Part shown: positions 18,607-26,697 of the stretch, piece by piece | Numbering within the stretch: the stretch's first letter is position 1 | How the letters are laid out: each line of letters opens with the position of its first letter | DNA from: an uncultured Spirochaetales bacterium | Lineage (GTDB): Bacteria; Spirochaetota; Spirochaetia; JABEVK01 | Reading direction: 5' to 3' | Assembly: GCA_964475005.1 (NCBI GenBank) | Contig: CAYYUZ010000001.1 | Span: 19,780 to 83,779, forward strand | Length of the DNA: 64,000 bases | Program-made: the position numbers and the translations under genes | Notes under the pieces: model-generated | Seen by the model: the letters and a program-made list of their open reading frames with translations, nothing else | What the model was told of the DNA's origin: nothing | Databases searched by the model: none

Positions 18607-18973
18607 GGGGAGTACTCCTTGGGATAAATACGTTTCGATAAAGAGGCGAAGCAGCGACGCGGGCCAAGGCCGGAACGACGGGGTCTTCGGTGGAGAGAAA
18701 GGCGATTCCGCAGGCGGCCAGGCCTTGAACGACGGCCGGCCCCGCGGCGGCGGCCAGAACGAAGCGGCAATCGGAGAACCGTGCGAGGGCCGTTCCCAGA
18801 CCCTCGCCGTGACCTTCCTCGCCGCAGAGCGCGGGCACGGTTCGTTCGCCTTCCCACGCGAAACTTCGGCCATTCCAGAGATAGAGTTCAAACCGAGAGG
18901 CACGGCCGAAATGCCGATCGACGGTTTGGCCACCCTGGCTGGCGACGGCGGCTCGGATGAGGTTTTCAGCCAT
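18599..18973 (-). CDS. NifX/NafY/NifB-C-terminal-domain family protein (FeMo-cofactor-precursor-binding-like)
   Basis: [24 protein letters not shown] matches the Nitro_FeMo-Co domain start (AVAS..G..V..HFG....F.IY). ATG 18973 overlaps the nifB-like stop by 8 nt (ATGGCTGA). Confidence 0.75.
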   Translation of the reverse strand: MAENLIRAAVASQGGQTVDRHFGRASRFELYLWNGRSFAWEGERTVPALCGEEGHGEGLGTALARFSDCRFVLAAAAGPAVVQGLAACGIAFLSTEDPVVPALARVAASPLYRNVFIPRSTPRV

Positions 18974-19850
18974 GACTGAAGGTCTCCGCCACAGCCTCAC
19001 CGCCGTAAAGTTCCGCCGAAAGGTCAAGCTGCCCGGGAATGCCGCAGGCGTCGGCGCGGCAATGCCGGCAATGCCGGAACACCGCTAGGTGCTTTTCCGC
19101 GTCTCGGCGGGCGCGGTCGAGGGTCTCTTCGGTGGGAGGGTCCCACGCGGCGAAACGATGCTGAGGAATCAGGGGGATGATGTTAAAAAGCCCGGCTCCC
19201 TCAGCCGCCACCGTCCGGGCAGTCTCTTCCACGTGGTGATCGTTGATACCAGGAATCAGAACCAGATTCACCTTGATCGTGAGGCCGTGCGCGGCGGCTT
19301 CTCGAATGCCGGCTAGTTGCTGCCGAATCAGGACCTTGGCCCCCGCTTGTCCCTTCAAGACCTGGCCATGAAACCTCACACGGTCGACGATTTGGGCCAC
19401 GATGAGAGGGTCGACGCCGTTGACGGTCACGGTCAGTGTTCCCAGTCCCAACTGCAACAGCTCGTCAAGCCGCTCTTGCAGCAGGAGGCCGTTGGTGCTC
19501 AGGCACTTCACCAAATCAGGAAAGCAGGCCTGCACGGCGCGAAAGGTTTTCAGAGCGTGGGGCGTCGAAAGTGTGTCGCCGGGACCGGCGATGCCAACTA
19601 CAGAGATCTCGGGGCAGAGTTCCAAGGCCCGCGCAACAACTTCGGGGGCTTCTTCGGGTGTCACCAGGCGTCCGGTCACTCCGGGGCGGATCTCACTCTT
19701 GTTGAACTCGCGTCGGCAGAAGCCGCAACTAATGTTGCAGGAAGGGCTGACGGGGAGGTGGACCCTGCCACGGGTCAGGTGGGCCGCCGGGCTGAAACAG
19801 GGGTGGAGACGAGCCGGGGAAGAGGCCGAAAAAAGCGGTGGTGACTCCAT
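18966..19850 (-). CDS. NifB-like radical SAM protein (radical-SAM domain only; NifX domain is the separate downstream ORF)
   Basis: [32 protein letters not shown] matches the NifB signature HPCY..A....R.H.PVAP.CNI.C.YC.R, including the CxxxCxxC radical-SAM cluster. AAGGAGG RBS before ATG 19850. Confidence 0.85.
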   Translation of the reverse strand: MESPPLFSASSPARLHPCFSPAAHLTRGRVHLPVSPSCNISCGFCRREFNKSEIRPGVTGRLVTPEEAPEVVARALELCPEISVVGIAGPGDTLSTPHALKTFRAVQACFPDLVKCLSTNGLLLQERLDELLQLGLGTLTVTVNGVDPLIVAQIVDRVRFHGQVLKGQAGAKVLIRQQLAGIREAAAHGLTIKVNLVLIPGINDHHVEETARTVAAEGAGLFNIIPLIPQHRFAAWDPPTEETLDRARRDAEKHLAVFRHCRHCRADACGIPGQLDLSAELYGGEAVAETFSHG

Positions 19851-19964
19851 GTTGCCTCCTTGACTACCGAAAAACTAGCATTTGCAATATTTTATGTCAA
19901 TCAACATAGTTAACATTAATAGACTAAATAACTAGCGTTTAAGTAGTATTACTAGGAGGACGTC
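19851..19964. promoter_or_regulatory. AT-rich divergent control region (nifB-like operon <-> metY paralog 2) with palindrome TAGTATTACTA
   Basis: 114-bp AT-rich gap. Perfect 11-bp palindrome at 19943-19953. TTGCAATATTTTATGTCAATCAAC contains -35-like TTGCAA/TGTCAA words. A related AGTAATACT palindrome lies in the nifD-like/metY3 gap. Confidence 0.45.
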
Positions 19965-21275
19965 ATGTCTGTACCCAAGCTCCAGTTTGATACCCTGAAA
20001 GTCAGGGCCGGCTACGACCCCAAAGATCACCAGAACGCGATCGCCGTTCCCATCTACCAGACCGCCTCGTTTGACCTCGGGGATACCGCCCGCGTCGACC
20101 GGTTACTGTCGTTTCAGGAGGCCGGCTGGCTGTACACCCGGATCGGCAATCCTACTGTCGATGTTTTGGAGCGTCGGGTCGCCGCCCTCGATGGCGGCGC
20201 CGCGGCCATCGCGGTCGCCTCGGGCATGGCAGCCATCTCGTACACTTTACTGAATCTGGCCGAAGGGGGAGGAAGGATCTTGACCACCCCTAGGCTCTAT
20301 GGAGGCACCTTTGACGCCTTCCAGAAGGTCCTCGCGCCGCTGGGTATTGGAGTCGATCTCGTCGAAGACTCCGACAAACCCGAATCGTTCCGCAAGGCGC
20401 TCAAGTCAAATACCAAAGCCATCTTGATCGAGTCGATCTCTAACCCCAACGCCACCGTGCTCGACATCGAGGCCATTGCCAAGGTGGCCCACGACTTCGG
20501 CATTCCCCTGGTGGTCGACAATACCTTCGCGACGCCCTATTTGTTCGACGCGTTTGGCCACGGCGCCGACCTTGTTGTTTATTCGGCGACGAAGGCCCTC
20601 AACGGCCACGGCAACACCATCGGTGGCGTGATCGTCGAAAGTGGGAAGTTCAACTATGCCAACGGAAAGTTCCCGCAATTCCAGAAGCCCACCTACCTGC
20701 TTCGCGACCGACCGACCAACGTCGAGCGCAGCTTTCTCGAGGCCTTTCCGGACTTTCCCCTCACGGTGCGCATCCGTCTGAACTATCTGGCCTACCTCGG
20801 TGCTGCGCTTAGTCCTTTCGATGCCTTTCTGATCCTTCAAGGCATCGAGACGCTTTCCGAGAGGGTGGGCAAGCAGGTGGCGAACGCCGAGAGAGTGATC
20901 AAGTTCCTGGAAACTCACCCGCAGGTCGCCTGGGTGAAGCATCCGGCGGCCAAGGGCAATCCCTACGCGGAACTTGCCAAGAAGTACCTTCCCCAAGGTG
21001 CAGGGGGCATCTTCACGTTTGGATTCCGGGGAAGCGACGCTCAGTACAACAAGTTCATCGATTCGCTCAAGGTCTTCAGTTTCCACGCCAATGTCGGGGA
21101 TGCCCGCTCGCTGGTCATCAATTCCCCCAAGACCACGCACGGCGAGCTTCGCCCCGCCGAACAACTGACCGCCGATATCCCGCCGGAAACGATTCGGCTG
21201 TCGATTGGTATCGAGGACCCCCGCGACCTGATCGCCGACCTGCGCCAGGCGTTCAAGGCGGCGCTGAAGGCCTGA
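19965..21275 (+). CDS. metY: O-acetylhomoserine sulfhydrylase-family PLP enzyme (paralog 2)
   Basis: 436 aa; PLP-lysine motif SATKALNGHG; MetY-family blocks throughout. Sits between and opposite to the two nitrogenase-like operons. Confidence 0.8.
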   Translation: MSVPKLQFDTLKVRAGYDPKDHQNAIAVPIYQTASFDLGDTARVDRLLSFQEAGWLYTRIGNPTVDVLERRVAALDGGAAAIAVASGMAAISYTLLNLAEGGGRILTTPRLYGGTFDAFQKVLAPLGIGVDLVEDSDKPESFRKALKSNTKAILIESISNPNATVLDIEAIAKVAHDFGIPLVVDNTFATPYLFDAFGHGADLVVYSATKALNGHGNTIGGVIVESGKFNYANGKFPQFQKPTYLLRDRPTNVERSFLEAFPDFPLTVRIRLNYLAYLGAALSPFDAFLILQGIETLSERVGKQVANAERVIKFLETHPQVAWVKHPAAKGNPYAELAKKYLPQGAGGIFTFGFRGSDAQYNKFIDSLKVFSFHANVGDARSLVINSPKTTHGELRPAEQLTADIPPETIRLSIGIEDPRDLIADLRQAFKAALKA

Positions 21276-21337
21276 GCCGGCGAGCGAAGCGATGCCCGTG
21301 TCGTTCTAGGCGAAGCCCAATCGGCGAGATCCGAGCC

Positions 21338-22651
21338 TTAGTTAAATTGTTGCAGCACCCAGGTATAGATGTCTTCCAGCAGTTTCAGCCCGCCATGGTA
21401 GCCGGCGTAGGTGCCGTGGAGGACCAGCCTTTCCTTCATGGGCACCGACACCGCCAGAAAGTTGCCCTCCAACTCTTGTGCGAGTTTCTTTTCAAAAATG
21501 CTCCCGAGAATCAAGGGTGGGCCGAACCAGTCGGTGTCGCGGATGGCCTGGTGAATGAGATGGCCGTCTGTCGAAAAGACGACCGGAGCCTCGATCCCGT
21601 ACTGAAACTCCTTGAAATAGCCGACGATGCGGTTCCGATGCTCCTCGGGAGTGGCGTCGGTGATGTACTGGGTTTCGGGAACGAGTCCGAAATCGTTGAC
21701 CAAGAACTTGCTGTAGGCCAATGCGTCCGCGGCGTTTGTGACGGTCGAGAAACGGCGGCTCATGGTCCGGTTTTCGAGGAACACGTCGCTGGTCCTCTCG
21801 ATGTGAAAGTAGTATTCCTTTTCGTGGCGGTCGATGACGCGCTCGACGAGTGTCGGTTCGAGCTCGGCAAATTTCCCTACCGTCCTGAGGAAGCGGCTCG
21901 TCTCGAAGGCTCCTACCGGCAAGTTCGGAAGGTGCAGGTAGGGCGTTCCAAAGGCTTCCTCGAGATGAAGAACGTTGCCAAGTCCCACCCAAGGTGAAAC
22001 GAGCAAGTTGAACTCGGCGTTTGGCACACGGTTGAGATTCTCAATGCCACGGTACTCGCCGAAAATCGCGTTGGGGATAAGGCCAACCTCTTCGAGCAAG
22101 GACTCCAGCACGCGGAAGTTGCCGACCCAGAACGGATCGTAGGACGGGATCGGTCCCCAAACGTTGACCAATCCCTTGACCAGCGGTCCCTTGCCGCGGG
22201 GAACCAGATACTGGTCGATCAGCGCATCGACCACCCACTGGTGGCCTTCGAGGTTGTTAGCCTTGAAGCCAGGGGTTTCCACAGCCACGACAGGTTTTCC
22301 CGCGTTCTGAAATTCTTGCACGACCTTTTTGATATCGTCTCCCACAATTTCGGTGGTGCAGCCCGATAGCACCACGTAGAGGTCTCCGTCGACGACCTTG
22401 AGCGCGTTGGAAATGGTTTCGCGCAGCCGGCCTTCTCCGCCGAATACGGTTTCTCGCTCACCGACATTGGTGCAGGGGTAGATCTGCGGGGACAGGTAGC
22501 CGGAGTCGCCGTTGCTTCCCGCAATGCCCCCCGCGAGCTTGGCCGCGCACCCCGGCCCGGCGTGAAGCACGGGAACTCCGCGGTAGAGACCTTGCACGGT
22601 CTGCATGGCGCCCAAGGCGCAGACGTAACGAGGTTGGTCGAGGATCTTCAT
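21338..22651 (-). CDS. nitrogenase-like reductase component-1 beta-type subunit, NifK/NifN/MarK-like
   Basis: Nitrogenase component-1-type oxidoreductase fold. P-cluster-type cysteine contexts (YVCALGA; AGPGCAAK; VVLSGCTTEIVGDDI = CxxxxIGDD motif). ATGA start/stop overlap with the upstream D-like gene. Confidence 0.8.
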   Translation of the reverse strand: MKILDQPRYVCALGAMQTVQGLYRGVPVLHAGPGCAAKLAGGIAGSNGDSGYLSPQIYPCTNVGERETVFGGEGRLRETISNALKVVDGDLYVVLSGCTTEIVGDDIKKVVQEFQNAGKPVVAVETPGFKANNLEGHQWVVDALIDQYLVPRGKGPLVKGLVNVWGPIPSYDPFWVGNFRVLESLLEEVGLIPNAIFGEYRGIENLNRVPNAEFNLLVSPWVGLGNVLHLEEAFGTPYLHLPNLPVGAFETSRFLRTVGKFAELEPTLVERVIDRHEKEYYFHIERTSDVFLENRTMSRRFSTVTNAADALAYSKFLVNDFGLVPETQYITDATPEEHRNRIVGYFKEFQYGIEAPVVFSTDGHLIHQAIRDTDWFGPPLILGSIFEKKLAQELEGNFLAVSVPMKERLVLHGTYAGYHGGLKLLEDIYTWVLQQFN

Positions 22652-24120
22652 GCGGGTTCTCCGGCTTCAAGAAAGTTGTGGTGGGGCTGGGCAAACCACC
22701 AGCCGGTGTAGGGCAGTTTTACGCGGCTGGCGAGGTTCTTGGTGAAACTGCGGTTGGTCACGACGTCGTGGACGGCTGACGCGAACTTGACCAAGCCGTG
22801 GTAGCCGAAGATGGCGTATTCGTCAAAGACGCACAGTGAAGGGATGCCGAGCTTGGTCGCCCAGACCGTCGAGCCGGTGTGGCGGCTAAAGAAGATGTCG
22901 GGCTTCACTGTGTTGAGGATGTTGAGCAGTTCGAAGTTTTGCAGGTCGTTGACCGACAGGGGAAAGTCGTTGGGGGAGTGATCGAGCAGGTACTGGAAGG
23001 ATTCCGGCCTGCGGCCGTCTTCGTACTGCTTGTCGAAGTGCCAAGCGGCTGAGTGAACGATTTCGAGGCCCAGTTCCTGCAATACTCTTGTCGTGTTGAA
23101 GTTGAAGCCTGGGCCCATGCCGACAACGGCGCGTAGACCAGTAAGCTTGGCCCGGAATGCTTCGATCTTGGGCTGCCAGGTCTCCTTTTCCTTTTTCAAG
23201 TACGCGTCGGCGATGTCATCCTTGCCCAAAACCTTGGCCAAGCCCCGGACCCAACTTTCGAAACCCGCCATGCCGTGGGGTTGGAGCGACTTGATGTAGG
23301 GCACCCCGTACTGTTCTTCCAGTCCATGGCCCAGATAGGTTCCCAACGTGGCGCAAGTGCTGACCGTGGCGACCGACTCAGACAATTGGGACAACTGTTC
23401 AATGGTAGTGTTCGACAAGAGGAACAAAGGTTCGACCCCGAAAAGAGCGAACAACGCGGTGATCTCCTTGCGGGCGCTGCCAAAGAAGTTGATCACGTTG
23501 ACGACGTCGCGCTTGACCTTTGGGGGCTGAACGATGGTGCTCAGAATGGCGTGAAAGGCCGCGTCAAAGCCGCTGGCCCAGATCTGCGTCTTGAACCCCT
23601 CGCAAAAGACGGGAGCGACGGGTATCCCCAGTTCCTCCGAGGTCTCGCGGGCGATGCTGGCGAGGTCCTCGCCGATGACGCCACTAACGCACGAGGCGCC
23701 GATGAAGATGGCGCGCGGGTCATAGCGCCTGTGGGTTTCTCTCACCACGTCGCGAAGGTTCTCGGTGGCCCCAAACACGGTGTCGGCCTCGTTCATGTCG
23801 GTGCTCACGTACCCCGAGCGGGAGTTGTCGAGGCCCAATTTCGCGGCCAACTGATCTTTGGAGTTGCTGAGGCTCATGGCGGTCACCGCGCAGCCAGAGG
23901 GGGAGTGGTGGACCACGGCAGCGTCGGTCACAAAGCCCAGCTGACCGAGAGCGCAGGCGGCGTTGCACAGGCTTGCCTGGCTGAAGCATCGCTTGCGGTC
24001 GCCGAAGCCCCCGCCACCGCAAGCCTGACCGAGCCCTTGAAGCGTTCCCTCGTAGCCCGTAATCGAGCCGAGGCGGTTTTCTCGGGTTCCCGTCTCTGTT
24101 CCTTTGCCGTAATCACTCAT
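22648..24120 (-). CDS. nitrogenase-like reductase component-1 alpha-type subunit, NifD/NifE/MarD-like
   Basis: FIGASCVSGVIGEDL (CxxxxIG[DE]D P-cluster motif), FCEGF, and a Cys in the cofactor-ligand region (VSTCATLGTY). AAGGAG RBS 7 nt before ATG 24120. Confidence 0.8.
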   Translation of the reverse strand: MSDYGKGTETGTRENRLGSITGYEGTLQGLGQACGGGGFGDRKRCFSQASLCNAACALGQLGFVTDAAVVHHSPSGCAVTAMSLSNSKDQLAAKLGLDNSRSGYVSTDMNEADTVFGATENLRDVVRETHRRYDPRAIFIGASCVSGVIGEDLASIARETSEELGIPVAPVFCEGFKTQIWASGFDAAFHAILSTIVQPPKVKRDVVNVINFFGSARKEITALFALFGVEPLFLLSNTTIEQLSQLSESVATVSTCATLGTYLGHGLEEQYGVPYIKSLQPHGMAGFESWVRGLAKVLGKDDIADAYLKKEKETWQPKIEAFRAKLTGLRAVVGMGPGFNFNTTRVLQELGLEIVHSAAWHFDKQYEDGRRPESFQYLLDHSPNDFPLSVNDLQNFELLNILNTVKPDIFFSRHTGSTVWATKLGIPSLCVFDEYAIFGYHGLVKFASAVHDVVTNRSFTKNLASRVKLPYTGWWFAQPHHNFLEAGEPA

Positions 24121-24289
24121 CGTGATCTCCTTGTAGGGGTACTTTAGCGAGGTTAACTTTGGTTAGTCAAGTAATACTACTAACATAATAGTGAAAGATT
24201 TTCAAAAACATAACTGAGTCTATTGACAAACATAAACAAACACTACTATCACTAGTCTGTAACTAGTGTTTATGATCAAGGAGTGAGTG
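24121..24289. promoter_or_regulatory. AT-rich divergent control region (nifD/K-like operon <-> metY paralog 3 operon) with palindrome AGTAATACT
   Basis: 169-bp AT-rich gap. AGTAATACTACT at 24169-24180 (odd palindrome AGTA-A-TACT). GTCAAGTAATAC word shared with 5561. Twin ACTAGT palindromes at 24251-24272. Confidence 0.45.
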
Positions 24290-25594
24290 ATGAGCGAGAG
24301 GAAGTTGGCCTTCGATACCCTTCAGGTCCACGCCGGGCAGGTTCCTGACCCGACGACGGGGGCCCGGGCTGTCCCCATCTATCAGACGACCTCGTTCGTC
24401 TACAAGAACTTCGACCACGCCATCGCGCTCAGTACCGTGGCCGAGTTCGGTTTCACCTACACGCGGGTCGTCAATCCCACGGCCGATGTCTTGGAACAGC
24501 GGATCGCGGCCCTGGAAGGCGGCTCCGGCGCTTTGGCGTTGGCCTCCGGTTCGGCGGCAACCACCTACGCCATCCTCAATCTTGCCGGTACCGGCGACCA
24601 CATCGTTTCCGCGCAGACCCTCTACGGCGGCACCTACAACCTGTTCGCCAACACTCTCCCCCGCTACGGGATTACGACCACCTTCGTCGATCCCGACGAA
24701 CCTGAGAATTTTCGGAAGGCCATCCGCATCAACACCAAGGCGGTGTTCATCGAGTCCATCGGCAACCCCGGAATCAACATCATCGACATCGAAAAGGTCG
24801 CCAAGATCGCCCACGAAAACGGTGTCCCTCTCATCGTCGACAACACCTTCGGCACGCCGTACCTGATCCGGCCGTTTGAATACGGTGCCGACGTCATTGT
24901 CCACTCGGCCACTAAGTACATCGGCGGCCACGGAACCACCATTGGAGGCCTTCTGGTCGAAGGGGGAAAATTCGACTGGTCCAAGAGCGGCAAATTCCCC
25001 GGTTTCACCGAAGTGGACAAGAGTTACGGCTTCAGCCACTGGGAGCGCTTCGGCAACTACAACGGCGCGAACATCGCGTTCATCATCAAGGCCCGTTTGC
25101 AACTGCTGCGCGACATCGGCGCGGCGCTGTCCCCTCAGAACGCCTTCCTCCTCCTCCAAGGGCTGGAAAGCTTGTCGCTTCGGGTTCAAAAGCATGTTTC
25201 CAATGCTCAGAAGATCGCCGAGCACCTGGCCAAACATCCGCAGGTCGAGTGGATCGATTACCCTGGGCTGCCAACCAACAAGTACCACGCCGTCGCCAAG
25301 AAGTACTTTCCCCGGGGCGTGGGAGCTATCTTCGCCTTCGGGATTAAGGGCGGGTTTCCCGCGGCCAAGAAATTCATCGAGAGCCTGACGATCTTCTCTT
25401 TTTTGGCCAACGTCGCCGATGCCAAGAGCCTTGTCGTTCATCCGGCTACCGTCACCCACGGTCAGCTCAACGAGCAGCAGCAACGCGAGGCGGGGGTCAA
25501 ACCCGAGCAGATCCGCCTGTCCATCGGTATCGAAGACGCCGAGGACCTGCTCTGGGACCTCGACCAGGCTTTTGAGAAGGCCAAGAAACTCTGA
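24290..25594 (+). CDS. metY: O-acetylhomoserine sulfhydrylase-family PLP enzyme (paralog 3)
   Basis: PLP-lysine motif [19 protein letters not shown] 8 nt before ATG 24290; the listed start at 24287 is a GTG. First gene of a long rightward operon. Confidence 0.85.
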   Translation: MSERKLAFDTLQVHAGQVPDPTTGARAVPIYQTTSFVYKNFDHAIALSTVAEFGFTYTRVVNPTADVLEQRIAALEGGSGALALASGSAATTYAILNLAGTGDHIVSAQTLYGGTYNLFANTLPRYGITTTFVDPDEPENFRKAIRINTKAVFIESIGNPGINIIDIEKVAKIAHENGVPLIVDNTFGTPYLIRPFEYGADVIVHSATKYIGGHGTTIGGLLVEGGKFDWSKSGKFPGFTEVDKSYGFSHWERFGNYNGANIAFIIKARLQLLRDIGAALSPQNAFLLLQGLESLSLRVQKHVSNAQKIAEHLAKHPQVEWIDYPGLPTNKYHAVAKKYFPRGVGAIFAFGIKGGFPAAKKFIESLTIFSFLANVADAKSLVVHPATVTHGQLNEQQQREAGVKPEQIRLSIGIEDAEDLLWDLDQAFEKAKKL

Positions 25595-25665
25595 AGGAAA
25601 CGGCTGGGAAGGGAGTCGTTGACCGCCGCCCAGCTTAGAAAAAGAAACCATCAAGGAGACAGGAA

Positions 25666-26634
25666 ATGACTAAGAAGATTCTTTCGGTCGTTTGTTCCGT
25701 TCTCGTGGCTTCGGGTGCCTTCGGGCAGAGCACCGAGAAATTCCAGGTAGCCTGGGGCGGAGGAGCTTGCGAGGCTCCTGTGCTGGCGGCCTACTACAAC
25801 GGCTTTTTCAAGCAGGAAGGGCTTGACGTCGAACTGGTCAAAGTTCCCGATTTTGAGTCGGAGAAGACCGCGCTGGCCTCGAACAAGATCAGCGGTGCCG
25901 TCGGCAACTTTGGCTGGTTCAAGGCCATTGAACAGGGCTTCGCCGTCAAGCTGACCGGCGGTATCCACGCGGGTTGTATCAAGTTTGTCACTCCCCAGGG
26001 TTCGGCCATCAAGACCTTGGCCGACGTGAAGGGCAAGACCATCGGTATTGACGCCATTGGTTCGGGCCCCCAGATTGACCTTTCGATCGCCTTGCGAAAC
26101 GCTGGAATCAACCCCAAGACGGAAGTCTCCTGGAGGGCCTATCCTCCCACCGAGCTTTCTGCCGCCGTCAAGAAGAAGGAAATCGACGCGTTCATCGTCT
26201 GGGATCCGTTTGCCGCTTTCGCCGTGCAGGATGAGAAGTACAACACCCTTCTCGACATCGCCAAGGACGAACCTTTCAAGAGCGGCTATTGCTGCTTCGT
26301 CGTTGTCAGCGCGCTCTTGGTGAAGAACGACCCGAAGAAGGCCGCCGCCTACACCAAGGCCATCCTCCGTGGTGCCAAGTGGGTGGGTGAGAACCCCGAC
26401 AAGGCCGCTGCTCTCGAGGTCGACAACAAGTTTGTCCCCGGTGAGAAGCAGCAGATTGCCGACCTGTTGGCCAGCTACTACTGGAGGCCGTCGGTGTCTC
26501 ACGCCAAGGATGTCGCCAAGTACTTCATCACCGAACAGAAGAAGGACGGAATTTTGGAAGCGACGACCAACGAGGCCAAGCTCCTCGACCGCCTGTTTGC
26601 CACCGTCGTCACCGACGCCGAAGTCAATCTCTAG
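25666..26634 (+). CDS. ABC transporter substrate-binding protein, NMT1/NitT/TauT family
   Basis: Signal peptide MTKKILSVVCSVLVASGAFG; NMT1-like PBP. Confidence 0.75.
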   Translation: MTKKILSVVCSVLVASGAFGQSTEKFQVAWGGGACEAPVLAAYYNGFFKQEGLDVELVKVPDFESEKTALASNKISGAVGNFGWFKAIEQGFAVKLTGGIHAGCIKFVTPQGSAIKTLADVKGKTIGIDAIGSGPQIDLSIALRNAGINPKTEVSWRAYPPTELSAAVKKKEIDAFIVWDPFAAFAVQDEKYNTLLDIAKDEPFKSGYCCFVVVSALLVKNDPKKAAAYTKAILRGAKWVGENPDKAAALEVDNKFVPGEKQQIADLLASYYWRPSVSHAKDVAKYFITEQKKDGILEATTNEAKLLDRLFATVVTDAEVNL

Positions 26635-26697
26635 AGCTGATCTCTCCGGTTTGGCAAAAGCCAGACCGGAGAATTTTACCTGCCAAATGAGGAATCC

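Noticed and set aside
17731-24120. Interpretation as a genuine N2-fixation (nif) cluster or as DPOR/COR (bch/chl) genes
   Set aside because: No nifE/N/V/Q/A, no bch/chl partners in or near the cluster. The NifB+NifX requirement argues against DPOR, which needs no NifB-co. All neighbours are sulfur-metabolism genes. It is kept as a nitrogenase-like (Mar-type) reductase pending phylogeny.
15265-25594. SAM (S-box) or T-box riboswitch upstream of the metY/metN genes
   Set aside because: Leaders are short (60-170 nt) and contain no recognisable conserved S-box core. Regulation appears protein-based (AT-rich operator-like palindromes).
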